Assembly (NCBI RefSeq): GCF_006345805.1
Contig: NC_042997.1
Span: 189,410,001-189,474,000 of the forward strand
From: Octopus sinensis
Taxonomy: Eukaryota
DNA length: 64,000 nt
Reading direction: 5' to 3'
Part shown: positions 40,200 through 53,949 of the stretch, one piece after another
How positions within the stretch are numbered: the first letter of the stretch is position 1
How the letters are laid out: every line of letters begins with the position of its first letter
Program-made: the position numbers and the translations under genes
The notes under the pieces: model-generated
The model's database searches: none
What the model was told of the DNA's origin: nothing
What the model saw: the letters and a program-made list of their open reading frames with translations, nothing else

Positions 40200-40490
40200 A
40201 AGTGATATGGAATATAGAGGAGGAAAATTCCACGAGAACAACAGCTTGAAGTATGAATTCAAATCCTTACGGAACCCTCCGCCTAACCAACACCTGGCCG
40301 AGTTGGGAGATGATTAATATAAGTAAACACATTAGGTTAGAAAAATTTCCACTAAGATACAATCAGCATCAACGAAATTTGAAGGAAATCCTGCTGAGAA
40401 TAAGGCTTGCACCTGGAATTTTGGTACCGGCCGACAAGGCTGGAGACCTATATAATATAAGTATTAGATCTTATAATGGCTTAATTAGAC
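40200..40490 (+). pseudogene. Penelope-like element ORF, N-terminal pre-RT remnant
   Basis: YEFKSLRNPPPNQHL and, after a frameshift, QRNLKEILLRIRLAPGILVPADKAGDLYNISIRSYNGLI; the PADK motif precedes PLE reverse transcriptases. Confidence 0.65.
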
Positions 40491-40616
40491 ACAGACACAG
40501 ACAAAGGCACACACACACGCACGCGCACACACACACACACACACACACACATACCACACACACACACACACAAATGTATAATATATATGTGTTATGTGTG
40601 TGTATATGTGAACGTT

Positions 40617-40666
<50 letters not shown>

Positions 40667-41021
40667 CTCTTTTACTTCAGTCATTTGACTTCGGCTATGC
40701 TGGAGCACTGCCTTTAATCCATCGAGCAAATCGATCCCAGGACTTATTCTTTGTAATCCTAGTACTTATTCTATCGGTCTCTTTTGCCGAACCGCTAAGT
40801 TAAGGAGACGTAAACACACCGCCATCGGTTGTCAAACGATGATGGGGGACAAACACAGACACACAAACATATACACACCCATACATATATTCATATATAC
40901 GATGGGCTTCTTTCAGTATACGTCTACCGAATCCACTCACAAAGCTTTGGTCGACCCGAGGCTATAGTAGAAGACACTTGCCCAAGGTGCCATGCAGTGG
41001 GACTGAACCTGGAACCATGTG
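40667..41021 (-). mobile_element. SINE S1 (5' end clipped)
   Basis: Reverse complement of S1 body and tail. Confidence 0.9.
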
Positions 41022-41023
41022 AG

Positions 41024-41070
<47 letters not shown>

Positions 41071-42734
41071 AGATAGATAGATGGATGGTTGTGTACGTGT
41101 GATGTGTATATTTTACTTTTTAATGGCGTCTCTCATAACACTAAGTTACTCTTTGACACACGCAGATGTGTCTTGGTAAATGTGTATGATGCATTTAGGA
41201 TGAGTGGGCAATGGGAACCCATGCCCCCTGATTTACTTGTCTGAATTATTAAAGTAAGTTCTCAATGAATCAGTGATTATACGCTGTTATGACAACAGAC
41301 TACCTAACTCTTCATAAAATTAATGCATCCAGATAGGTCTTGTAATAAACAACCTTATAGCCAAGATGTGTACAGCTTGTTGGTGGGACACTTTAACACA
41401 CAGAGCCAACCGCTTTTTCACCCTGTAACTCTTATATTCAGCAGCACTACAGGCTAACAGTCCTTTCGACAAATGCCACTGCTCACATAATGAATTATTT
41501 CTTTACATGCGGTGTCATAAAAAAAAAAAAAAAGATTATTCTACACAGACAACATTCATTCATCAGTTTCCAGTTAGTCTTCAGTTGAAAACATGCATTA
41601 GATGCATCGCTACATGATATATCTATGCACAATATGCAGGTACACGAAACAAGCACACTCACCTGCATGTCCATGTGCTCTACGAATATGCATATTCATG
41701 CACGATGTCTTGTGGATATCTGTTCGACAGTTCTCTTCACCCAGATTTCCTCTATTTTGTATTATTTTTCTCTCAAATGTTGTATCGAATTTCTGCTCCC
41801 ATCTTTGGATATGTGTTAGTGCCTTGTCAAGCTTGATTCGCTGACAGGGAATTGACTTTACTGAAAATATAAAATAACAATTGTTTTAATTCATGTAATA
41901 ACGCGAGCTCAAAACAAGGCCTGTACCTTTTAAAATCGGTTTCAAATTTTGGCACAAGGCCAGTAGTTTCGGCGGAGGGGATAGGTCAATTACGTGGCAC
42001 CCCAATCCTCAATTGGTACTTATTTTATCGACCGTAAAAGGATGAACGGCAAAGCCCACCTCTGCGGAATTCGAACTCAGAACGTAAAGACGGACGAAAT
42101 GCCGCTAAAAATACTGCCCGGCGTGCTAACGATTCTGCTGGCACGCGGCCTTCTTGTACATATTAATACTGGTTTGAAAATTATTTCAATATGGTGGTCT
42201 GAAGGTTAGCGTACTTTTGGCGCGGACAAACTGGAAATAGTTGGTATTGTAGGTTCCCGCCTACATGGTATTAAGTACATTTTAATTGTTTTGCTCATTA
42301 CTACTAAAAATGTGTGTGTTTGTATGATCATGTGTCCTTCGCAAGTAGCTGGTGTTTCACAAGTAGCTGGTAGCATATTTGTGCACGCAAGTACTCACAA
42401 ACGGCTGACACGCATTCGCACTCATACTTACATACACTCTAGCAAACACGCACAAACGAGATGATGCTATCAGCCTTTCATCCACACGCCAACTTACACA
42501 CATGCATCCCACCCCCACGCATAGCTGTTACACACGCAGAAACACCCACATCTGCGTACTCATACATCTGGAATACGCAAATACACCCTCACCGGTCATG
42601 TTTCTGCTGGCCTTTCAAAGAACGTTCAATGTGCTGCTTCCTGTACAGCCACTCGATTCCAAGAAATCCTCTTTCTTAGTGTATCTGGTGTCGCTGAAAT
42701 GTCCATCTCACTTTTAACGATACCTTTTCTACTC

Positions 42735-43384
42735 TAGCACAAGGCACCGAATTGTGGAGGAGGGAGCCACTCGATTAGATCGACCCCAGTACGCAACTGA
42801 TACTTAATTTATCGATCCCAGTACGCAACTGATACTTAATTTATCGACCCCAGTACGCAACTGATACTTACTTTATCGACCCCGAAAGGATGAAAGACAA
42901 AGTTGACCTAGGCAGATTTTGAACTCAGAACGTAAAGACAAACTAAATAACTATTTCTTTACTACCCACAAGGGGCTACCCACAAGGGGCTACACACAGA
43001 GGGGACAAACAAGAACTGACGAACGGATTAAGTCGATTATCTCGACCCCAGTGCGTAACTGGTATTTATTTAATTGACCCCGAAAGGATGAAAGGCAAAA
43101 ATCGACCTCGGCAGAATTTGAACTCAGAACGTAGCGGCAGACGAAATACCTATTTCTTTACTACCCACAAGGGGCTAAAATACAGAGAGGACAAACAAGG
43201 ACAGACAAACGGATTAAGTCGATTACATCGACCCCAGTGCGTAACTGGTACTTAATTTATCGACTCCAAAAGAATGAAAGGCAAAGTCGACCTCGGCGGA
43301 ATTTGAACTCAGAACGTAACGGCAGACGAAATACAGCTACGCATTTCGCTCGGCGTGCTAACGTGTCTGCCAGCTCGCCGCCTT
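42735..43384 (-). mobile_element. S3 trimeric array with internal 32-bp triplication
   Basis: Three S3 units joined at GACGAAATA/CTATTTCTTTACTACCC; CGACCCCAGTACGCAACTGATACTTAATTTAT x3 at 42781-42876. Confidence 0.88.
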
Positions 43385-43670
43385 CTAACGATGCCATGTG
43401 ACTTATGTAACCAGCCTTGACCATGACTATAGCAGCCCAGTTTTCGGCAGCCATCTTGGCCTACCTGTATTCCTCCATTTAGTTCTCTGAATTTGAATGA
43501 GCTAGGTTTCTGTAAGAAGCCTAGGAAACTTTAAGTGACTTAGAGCCGAGCCAAACTATTTTAAACAGTAATATATATTACTCCTGGTAATTGTGCTGAG
43601 TGCTCCTTTCCTTCGTTTGTTTAATCACTCGCGTGTGTATGTGCACGCACATTCATATATATATATAAAT

Positions 43671-43892
43671 CTCTTTTACTCTTTTACTTGTTTCAGTCAT
43701 TTGACTGTGGCCATGCTGGAGCACCACCTTTAGTCGAGCAAATCGACCCGAGGACTTATTCTTCGTAAGCCTAGTACTTAGTCTATCGGTCTCTTTTGCC
43801 GAACCGCTAAGTTACGGGGACGTAAACACACCAGCATCTGTTGTTAGGCAATGTTGGGTGACAAACATAGACACACAGACATATACCCACAC

Positions 43893-43949
<57 letters not shown>

Positions 43950-44123
43950 TGTATTATATATACGACGGGCTTCTTTCAGTTTCCATCTACCATATCCATT
44001 CACAAGGCTTTGGTCGGCCCGAGGCTATAGCAGAAAACACTTGCCCAAGGTGCCACGCAGTGGGACAGAACTCGGAACCATGTGGTTGGTAAGCAAGCTA
44101 CTTACCACACAGTCACTCCTGCA
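43671..44123 (-). mobile_element. SINE S1, full length
   Basis: Reverse complement of S1. Confidence 0.9.
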
Positions 44124-44546
44124 CATAAACCTCATGTATGCATATGTATGTATGTATGATTGTATGTATGCATGCATGCATGCGTGTGTGTGTTTGCATA
44201 TACATATGGTTCTATAAGTTCAATGTACAAATTCTTGTACCTAGTGTCAACCACGTACCTTTACAGTTAACCCCCCCCACACACACACATACATGCACAC
44301 ATACACATACACACAGATACACGTGTGTATGTATGTGTGTTTGTACGTATGTTTGTATGCGCATATATCTTGAGAATAATCATTCACTCTGGGATTTCTC
44401 ACCGCACTCAGGCAACGCGCGTAATCTGTCAACTAGTCTCGTACACCTATCAATAAAGACGTACATATGTTGATACAAAAGCCACACAGACACCTTTAGC
44501 ATCTCTTCAGTATCATTCAATATATATTTTACGACAAAAATCAACG

Positions 44547-44952
44547 AGGAGTGGCTGTGTGGTAAGTAGCTTGCTAACCAACCACATGGTTCCGGGTTCA
44601 GTCCCACTGCGTGGCATCTTGGGCAAGTGTCTTCTGCTATAGCCCCGGGCCGACCAATGCCTTGTGAGTGGATTTGGTAGACGGAAACTGAAAGAAGCCT
44701 GTCGTATATATGTATATATATATGTGTATGTGTGTGTGTGTTTTTCTGTGTTTGTCCCCCTAGCATTGCTTGACAACCAATTCTGGTGTGTTTACGTCCC
44801 CGTAACTTAGCGGTTCGGCAGAAGAGACCGATAGACTAAGTACTAGGCTTACAAAGAATAAGTCCCGGTATCGATTTGCTCGACTAAAGGTGGTGCTCCA
44901 GCATGGCCGCAGTCAAATGACTGAAACAAGTAAAAGAGTAAAAGATTAAAAG
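44547..44952 (+). mobile_element. SINE S1, full length
   Basis: Head AGGAGTGGCTGTGTGGTAAG through tail GTAAAAGAGTAAAAG. Confidence 0.92.
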
Positions 44953-45286
44953 AGAGAATACAGCTGACCCATTACACAATAGTTTACTCGCCTTTTCACT
45001 TTTCTCACTGACTATCACAGGACTTCCAGCCATTGCCCAGGAGATAGAGTATGCACGGTTCTACAATTTAGAAATGAATTATTTCTGGTTATACAAATAT
45101 CTCTTAAATAGTTCTAGTGTGGGAATAAAGCTATATCTAACGGATTTGTGTTTAGTCTAAGGAAATTCAATCTGAATTAAAACACAGGGGATTCAGTAGA
45201 TATGCCTGAGACTTGTTGAGGGTAGTTTCCTTGTCTGTCTATTTGTCTGACTAGCTCTCTGACTGCCTGTCGGTTTATCTGTCTGT

Positions 45287-45352
<66 letters not shown>

Positions 45353-45476
45353 GTCTGTCTGTCGGTCGGTCTGTCTGCCTGTCTGTCTGTCTGTCTGTCT
45401 GTCTGTTTCTCGTTCTCTCTTTCTCTCTCTCTCTCTCTATCTATCTATCAAAGTCTCCCTCCCTCCCTCCTATCTG

Positions 45477-45581
<105 letters not shown>

Positions 45582-46038
45582 AACTTTCTACCTCCGTCTC
45601 CCCTTACTTCTCTCTCACTCTCCTTTTCTCTCTTCTCTCCAGACACAAATATCTGTCTATCAAAAATGTTTCCGGGTTCGATCCTACTTCACGTCACTTG
45701 TACAGAATTATTTTCTAACAATGCCTTTTGACTAAAATTTGTTAGCGTAAAACTGTGCATAAACCTGTTGTGTGTATATGTATGAACATACGATGTGAAT
45801 CGGTGCGTCGAACGAAAATGCATTTTAATATTAACGCCAATGTAGGTGGTAGGCAAAATACTTTGCAGCGTTTCATCCGTCTTAACGTTGAGTTCAAATT
45901 AAACCGAGATCGACTTTGCTTTTAATCTTTTCGGGTTCGATAAAATAAGTACCTGTTGTGTACTGGGCTCGATGTAATTGACCCACCTCGAAAGTACTTG
46001 CCTTGCGCCAAAATTTGAAACCGATATATATTATACTG

Positions 46039-46306
46039 TGTGGAAGCGCGTGGCTTAGTGGTTAGGGTGTCAGCATCATGATCGTAAGATTGTGGTTTTG
46101 ATTCCTGGACCGGGCGACGCGTTGTGTTCTTGAGCAAAACACTTCATTTCACGTTGCTCCAGTCCATTCAGCTGGCAAAAATGAGTAACGCTGCGATGGA
46201 CTGGGGTCTCGTCCAGCTGGGGAACACATACGCCACTGAAACCGGGAAACCGGGCCCATGAGCCTGGCTAGGCTTTAAAAGGGCGCATTTATTATGTTTT
46301 TTTTCT
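46039..46306 (+). mobile_element. SINE S5, full length, inside an S3b cluster (45845-46765)
   Basis: 14-bp TSD TATATATTATACTG at 46025-46038 and 46307-46320. Confidence 0.9.
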
Positions 46307-46936
46307 TATATATTATACTGGGAGAATCGTTTGTACGCCGGGCAAACTGCTTTACGACATTTTGTCCGTCTTTACAATCTGGTTTCAAATTCCGCCGTCT
46401 TTACAATCAGAGTTCAAATTCCACCGAGTTTAAATTTCGGGGTCGATAAAATTACTTACTAGTAAAACACTGGGGACGAAGTAATCGACTTTCTCCTTCA
46501 CTCGAAATTGTTGGCCTGTGCCAAAATTTCTAACCAATATTTACACTAAAGATGGCGGTGAGCCCATTAACACACTGGGAAAAATGCTTTTCGACATTTC
46601 GTCTGTATTTATAATTGGAGTTCAAATTCCGCAGAGGTCGATTTTTGCCTTCATCATTTCTGAATCGATAAAATAAATAGCAGTTGAACACTGGAGTCGA
46701 TGTAATCGACTTGTCTCCTCTTCCGATATTGCTGGCCTTGTGCCAAAAATTGAAATCAATATTTACGCCAAGGAGAACTTAGCCATTCAATAGAAATTGA
46801 AAAATAAGCAACAAACTAAGTACTTGAGTCGATGTAATGGACTCAAAGTCCGTCCTGACCGCAGTCTGATTACTTAAACAAGAAAAAAAAAAGAATGTCA
46901 GCAAGTTTATAAGCATATATCCCCTCTCATTTTCCA

Positions 46937-47012
<76 letters not shown>

Positions 47013-47322
47013 GGATATTTCTGTCTACAACGCTTTATTTATTTATTTATTTATTTATTCATTTATGTTTTTACATTCTCCCTATCTTAATTCATTTCTT
47101 CTTTACCAATTACATTATCCTCATTTATGCTTGATGAAATAGAATAGTTCCGGAGCATAAATGCGTAAATTGATTTAAATGAACACACACACACGCACAC
47201 ACACACTCACTCACATACGCACGCGGGCACACACACATATGAAAGTATATATAAGTTGACGTATGCACACACACATACACAGAAAATATATATACATATA
47301 TAATTATATATATAATATATAC

Positions 47323-47478
<156 letters not shown>

Positions 47479-48313
47479 CACATATAAAAAATTATATATA
47501 TGCATACATACACATATAAAAAATTATATATATGCATACATACACATATAAAAAATTATATATATGCATACATACACATACGCATATGCAGATTTATAGA
47601 TTTATAAGCATAAATATACAGACATGCATACCTATATGTATATGTATATATATATATGCTTATATATATATACATATATATATGCTTATATAAATGCACA
47701 CACATATATACACACGTACATACGCATATAAGTGCATACATACACAAATATATACATACATTAATACATACATACATACATACGTACATACATACATACA
47801 TACATACATACATACATACATACATACATTCATACATACATACATACATACATACATCCATACATACATACATACATACATACATACATACATACATACA
47901 CTGAGACAGAATTACCATTTTGCTTGCAACGCAAAAGTGACGGTTGTTTCATTGTTTCGATCTGAACCGGATGACTTCAAAAATAAGTCAGAATATTCTA
48001 TGAAATTGCTGCCACCAACTACACCAGAAACACCACTGCCATCACTGCTGTAGCTGCCAACACAACCACTACTACTACCACCACCAAAACCCATCGCAAC
48101 AGTTACATGAACATTAACAATGATTTACTATAGACTGTATTACTAGCTCTTAAACACAAAGGGCAGGAGGTCGTTTTATTAAAGTGAGAATAGTCAATAA
48201 AACTAATGTACTGACATAGAGAATAATCTAACCGTCCTGTCCATAGAGATGAGCAAACATAGAAATAACGGCGCAGAGAAAAGGACTGAGAACTCAATAT
48301 AACCCATACACAA

Positions 48314-48382
<69 letters not shown>

Positions 48383-48383
<1 letters not shown>

Positions 48384-49265
48384 GCTGCTATTTGTGTGGA
48401 AGCGAAACACACTTGAAAAAGACGTGCCCAACCACTGCACACCAAGAGCAACAACAACAACCACTACCACAACCAAAGCACTCCGGAAAAAAAAGCTCTA
48501 CTACTACCACACCACCATCACACACAGAAGACGACAAGAGAAGCACACCAAGCTAATCCGTCATCAACCAAAAACCACTCAACACCTGAAAAAATACCAA
48601 CACCACCAACAACAGAAAAACCCAAAGGAACAGAAAAACAAAGAAAACACACACAAACTGATCCCCCATCCCTTATACCGCACTCAACACACACAAACAC
48701 TCAACAACCAACAACAACGAAAACAACAACACAACCACTTACACAGACATACATAGAAGCCCACAACATACCCCTACCCCCTCCTGATTCCTCAGAAATT
48801 TCGTCGGAAGACGAAACCAGTGAGGAATGGCAAATAGCTACAAAAAGAAGGAAAATAAAGAGCAGAAACACAACCAAACCAAATGCAAACACGAACAAAG
48901 CAGGGGGAAATACATCTCCCGAAGACATTTCAAAACCCAACGCAAACAACAGCCACACCAATACCACAAAAACATATACAGCAAACATGCTCACAGCCAT
49001 AGACACCAAAAACACAAATTTGATGGAATACATCCAATCAAAAACAAACATAACAGAAGATGACATAAAAACAAACAATCACCCATACACAACACCACCA
49101 GACCACATCAGAATATTACACATCTCCAAAAGTCTGCACCACACACTCAAAGGCATTTTCCCCAGTGCGGTTGGTAAATGCCAAAAATATCTCACAAAGA
49201 AACTGTACTGGGATCTTCTCGAGGACAAACCAACGGAGGAGAAAGCAAAAACTTTCGAGCAGTAA
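48383..49265 (+). pseudogene. Tx1 ORF1 C-terminal part
   Basis: C-YL-C-GSET-H-LKKT-C (CX2CX4HX4C) at 48386-48427, then, after a frame change, a long Thr/Pro/Lys-rich open frame ending TAA at 49263-49265. Confidence 0.75.
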
Positions 49266-49296
49266 GTAACCCTCTGTATTCTAATTCATTAGAACT

Positions 49297-52200
49297 ATGA
49301 TCAAGATTGGTTGTGTAAATGCGCGTGGCTTGGGGTCCCCTTGGAAACAAGGGTACCTCTTAAATGACATAAAGTCACATAAGTTAGAAATCATAGCCAT
49401 AAGCGAGACCAGACTCCACAATCCGCGGGCCTAAAGACCATGTTTGGCGGACAGTTCAACATTTATTTTTCCCCCTGTCTGCCGAGAATGGGCGGTAGTG
49501 GCACCGCGGTACTTTTCACAAGAGTCTGGATCTCAAAGTAAGGACAATATTCGTAGACCCGGAGGGTAGACTGGTCGTCCTGGATGTCGACGGCAGCAAT
49601 GGGTGCGCTTTTCGACTCGTATCAGTTTACGCACCGCCCTTAACAGGTCGGACGGATTTCTTTCAACGTCTAGAAGTTTTCTTGGGAACGTCTCGTCCTT
49701 TACTCTTAGTGGGGGATTGAATGCTACCTTGCACACGCATGTAGACTACGTGGGTAGAGATAGGAATAGACGGGGATGCAAATGCCTCAGAGACCTGCTC
49801 AGACGCTTTCAACTGTCTGACAGGTTCCGACTAGACCACCCGAATGCGCCAACGTGGACATGGAGCAACCGCATCGGGTCGTCGAGATCGTATCTAGATA
49901 GGATACTGTGTAGGACAGTAGATAGAGATAGCATAGGATGTCCACAATTCCACATAGTCAGCTACACGGATCACAAACTTGTGACATGTACGCTAGACTT
50001 AGGTAAGACACTTAGGCAGGGTCCCGGATACTGGAAACTAAACGCGTCTTTCCCATCGAGACAAGTTTTCAGAGACCGGATTAGCACACTAGTAAAGAGG
50101 GCTTTGACGGGAGCCATCATCAACAACAAATGGTGGTTTGCCCTCAAGAGAGCAGTAAAAGCAGAAGCGATTAGGTACAGCAAAGCACTAGCCATAGATA
50201 GAAATAGAGTAGAGGGTGAGCTAGTTAAGAAGCTAGAAGAGGCAATTAGAAGCGGCATCGCATCCGACGTTTTGGCGGCGAGGTTGGCCCTCGACCAACA
50301 CTTCAACGCCAAACACGAAGGATGTGCTGTCAGAGCTAGGATGCGTGCTCTAAGGAACGAAGGTGTTGGAGCCGCGAGAGAGGCCCGGGTGGCAGAGGCG
50401 CAACAGGGCAACAAAGCCACCATTCGGTCACTGGTAGATGAACAGGGGCGCGAATTGCTCGAGCCAAGTAAAATGTGTGAGGCCTTTCAGCAGCATTTTG
50501 CCCGACTGTTCGGAACGAGTGGAGGGCAAGAACGTAGGGTGGACTTCAGTGCCTACCTACATAGCCTACCACGACTCTCGACAAGAAAGGCAGGGTGCTG
50601 CGAAGGTGCCATCACGGCGGCGGAAGTGCGGGAAGCGATGGCAGAATGCTCGAGGGACAAATCACCGGGTTGGATGGTCTACCCTACGAGCTTTACAATT
50701 GTATGCCAGACTTGTTTGGAGATCTCTTGGCGGCGGTGTACTGCAACTGGCAGCAAAACGGGAGCATTCCTGGTTTTGTGAGCCGAGGAGCCGTAACACT
50801 GCTGAAGAAAGATCTAAACAAGGGAAATGTAATAGATAACTTTAGGTCCATCACTCTGCTTAATGCAGACTTGAAAATTTTGACCAAGGTGCTAGCCAAG
50901 AGGTTGGCGCTTGTCATCGAGAAACTGGTCGACAAGGCGCAAACATGCGCCGTGCCAGGCCGGACCATCCATGACAACCTCCATCTGATGCGCTACATCA
51001 TAGACAGGGTAGTTAACGAACCTGGCATGGGTGGGGCCCTGATCAACTTGGATCAATCGAAAGCCTTTGATAGGGTGGACCATCGATACTTGGAGGCAGT
51101 CCTGAGAGCGGCTGGTTTCGGTCCCGTCTTCCGCGGCTGGATAGCTGCCTTGTACAGAGGCATCCGTTCGGTAATTCGCGTAAATGGACATCTATCGAGA
51201 CCTTTCGACATTGCACGTTCGGTCCGTCAGGGATGCCCCCTCTCGTCGCTTCTATACGTATTGACTCTCGAGCCATTATTGCGGAAGCTGGCAACCTTGA
51301 GAGGCATCCCGCGAGAACTGGGATGCGGGACGAGCGTGTCTGCATACGCGGACGACGTCACCGTCATAGTGTCTAGCCACGAGCACATCGAGCTGGTCGG
51401 CGAGACACTGAAAAACTACGAAGCGGTGACAGGAGCGAAAATCAACCGGGAAAAGTCAGTGGGCTTGCGACTAGGCACCTGGAGAAGCAAGCCCATGCCG
51501 TCCACCAGCGCCTCCGTCGTGGGACGCTGGACCGACGGCCCGGTTGAGTTGCTCGGGGTCTGGTTTGGTCCGGATCTCCAAGTGGAGAAGAACTGGAACG
51601 AGATAACGAGTAGGGTGGTCACTCTCGCCCGGCAATGGGCCGAGAGGAAACTGTCCCTAAAAGGTCGAGCGGAGGTGGCGAACACGTACATCGCGTCCGT
51701 CATCTACTACCGCCTGACCGTCGTACCTTGTCCCGACCCTACCATCACCAAACTACAACGCATCCTCTTTCGCTTCTTGTGGAAAGGATGCGTCCCGATG
51801 GTCAGGCGATCCATTTGCTGTCAACACCCGTTAAAAGGAGGGCTGGGCATGCCGTGGTTGATGATGCGCAGACACGCGCTGAGACTGCGACATCTCTGGC
51901 TCTATGTAGACGACGGTGAACAGGTGTGGTCGCCGTTTGTGAGGCACGCTTTCCCGCAGCTCGTCTCCATGACCGAACTGCAGTCGTGGATCAAAAAGAG
52001 GCCGAGGAAGGGCGAATGGCACCGCGAGTGTCGCGTTGCTCTCAAGCAACTCTGCCGTCCTGGGTCGACCTTAAGTGACTTCAACACAACCAAAGCATTC
52101 TATAGGGGTTTAGTGGAGGGGAGGTACGACGACGAGCTCGGGGCGAACCTGGACGTCGACGAGGAGTACCTGACCCGCCTGTTCAGGACGACTTTCGGGC

Positions 52201-52730
52201 CAGGGCCCATGGACAACTTCCAGAGATCCCTGGCCTGGCAGTGCTACCGAGAAGCGCTACCCGTTCGGGATAAGCTCTACAGACACGGCTCGAGATACAC
52301 GGGGCCGACCTGCCCGAGATGCGGTCAGAGCGACGAAACCGTTCTGCACGCACTCGTTCAGTGTCCAACAATTTCCGACCTGTGGGCTTATGTCGAACAA
52401 CTGCTATCACGTGTGGGACGAGTCGGTTTATCAGCTGAGTCTATCGTCAATATTGTCACGCCTCCTTCCTTCAAACGGGAAGGAAGAGCTATTTTCATCA
52501 TCCTTGTGGCTATGGCGAAAGAATGTATCTGGTGGACGCGTCTGAAAGGATTGGAGACAAACACTTTCCTCTCTGGTCAATCTCTCATCAACTTCTTCAA
52601 GTACCACTTGAAAAGGAAAGTGAGAGTAGAGAGGCAAGTTTTGTCTAGCGAATCTTTTAAAAAAAGATGGGTGAATGTAGCAAGAATGGCACGTATGAAT
52701 GACGAAGCCACCTTGAGCATAGTCCTATGA
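49297..52730 (+). CDS. Tx1 ORF2 (AP endonuclease, reverse transcriptase, CCHC finger); four apparent 1-base deletions
   Basis: MIKIGCVNARGL..IAISETR, VYAP, GD(W)NA, SYLDRIL, TDHKLV (APE); GYWKLN; LLNADLKIL, DQSKAFDRVDH, RQGCPLS, YADD (RT); CPRC..ETVLHALVQC. Confidence 0.9.
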
Positions 52731-53115
52731 ACCCAGAAATCGAAAACAGAGAGTTGCTTATTTGCCAAAAAAAAAAAAAAGAAATATAAAATGTGACTTC
52801 ATTGACCGAGGTTACCGTGGTCTTTTCCGTAGGCTTTTCTTTCCACGGGTAAACCTCACCTGTCCTCCCCTTTACACTTCATATTGACATTTCTGTGATA
52901 ACGATCCCTATTGATCAATTTTTTTTCCTCTCCCCCTTTTTTTTTAACCCCCTTTTTTTTGTCCTCTTTCTCTCCTTTTACGATCCCTTTTGATCAAAAC
53001 TCCCCCTTCCTTTTTTTTTTTTTTTAAACCTTCAAAAGAAAAGCTCTACCTTGTAATTTGTTCTATCTGTGTGCAGCCCTGTGTGGCTAATAAAGAAACA
53101 TATCTATCTATCTAA

Positions 53116-53195
<80 letters not shown>

Positions 53196-53196
53196 A

Positions 53197-53570
53197 TCTA
53201 TATGTATATAAAGCTGAAGTTGTCTGTGTATGGCAGGTTTGGTAGCTTTCAACTAATACTATCTCCTCCGAGACCCTGCGGCGCAAGTTGAACAAAATTG
53301 AGAGTATGATAGAATAAGGCTTGCTCTTCCTTCGTTGAAGAAAAAATTCAAATCGGACCATGTTAACACCAAAAGGTGCTTTTTTTCTATGAAAATCCCT
53401 ATTTTTTATGATTTCTTGACTGCTGTGTCGCCATTTTTCGGTGTATTTCAACCAGAAAAATGTTCACTCAAAGAGAATAACAAGCTACATAATGCAAAAT
53501 TTTTGCTTTTCAAAAATTCCAATTCTAAAGGGTCGAAACAAACCCGAGCAACGCCGGGCGATACTGCTAG
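53197..53570 (+). mobile_element. Helitron H1 abutting the (TCTA)n tract
   Basis: A|TC start, CCCGAGCAACGCCGGG hairpin, CTAG|T end. Confidence 0.9.
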
Positions 53571-53590
53571 TATATATATAATATATAATA

Positions 53591-53757
53591 TATATATATA
53601 TATATACATTGGCGCAAGTGTGGCTGTGTGGCAAGAAACTTGCTTCCCAGTCACATGGTCCCGGGTTCAGTCCCACAGCGTGGCACCTTGAGCAAGTGTC
53701 TTCTACTTATAGTGAGTAGATATGATAGACAGAAACTGAAAGAAGACCGTCGTATAC
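53591..53757 (+). mobile_element. SINE S1 5' half
   Basis: Head and GCACCTTGAGCAAGTGTCTT core, ends after GAAGACCGTCGTATA. Confidence 0.8.
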
Positions 53758-53949
53758 ATTGGGTCATAAACTACTTGCATCAACTTGGTATAAAAGCAGA
53801 TAGTCCTTATTCTTAGTGCAAGTTTTGAAGAGTGCAGTTTGATTTTAATAGTTATTTTTTCAAAGTTATAATGGAAGTGACAAACGAGTATATTCAGCAT
53901 ATTTTGTTTTATGTGTTCAATTTTGCTGTATGAATTCAATAAAGGCAAC

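Larger units (their letters stand above)
48383..53100 (+). mobile_element. Tx1/L1-clade non-LTR retrotransposon, 5'-truncated within ORF1, inserted in (TCTA)n
   Basis: ORF1 CCHC knuckle at the 5' junction, ORF2 with APE, RT and C-terminal zinc finger, 370-bp 3' UTR ending AATAAAGAAACA; (TCTA)n on both sides. Confidence 0.95.

Noticed and set aside
42781-42884. 32-bp direct repeats of CRISPR-like length
   Set aside because: Contiguous with no unique spacers, inside an S3 SINE, eukaryotic context, no cas genes
49533-52768. Antisense and alternative-frame ORFs overlapping Tx1 ORF2
   Set aside because: Expected by-products of a GC-richer coding region; no recognisable motifs
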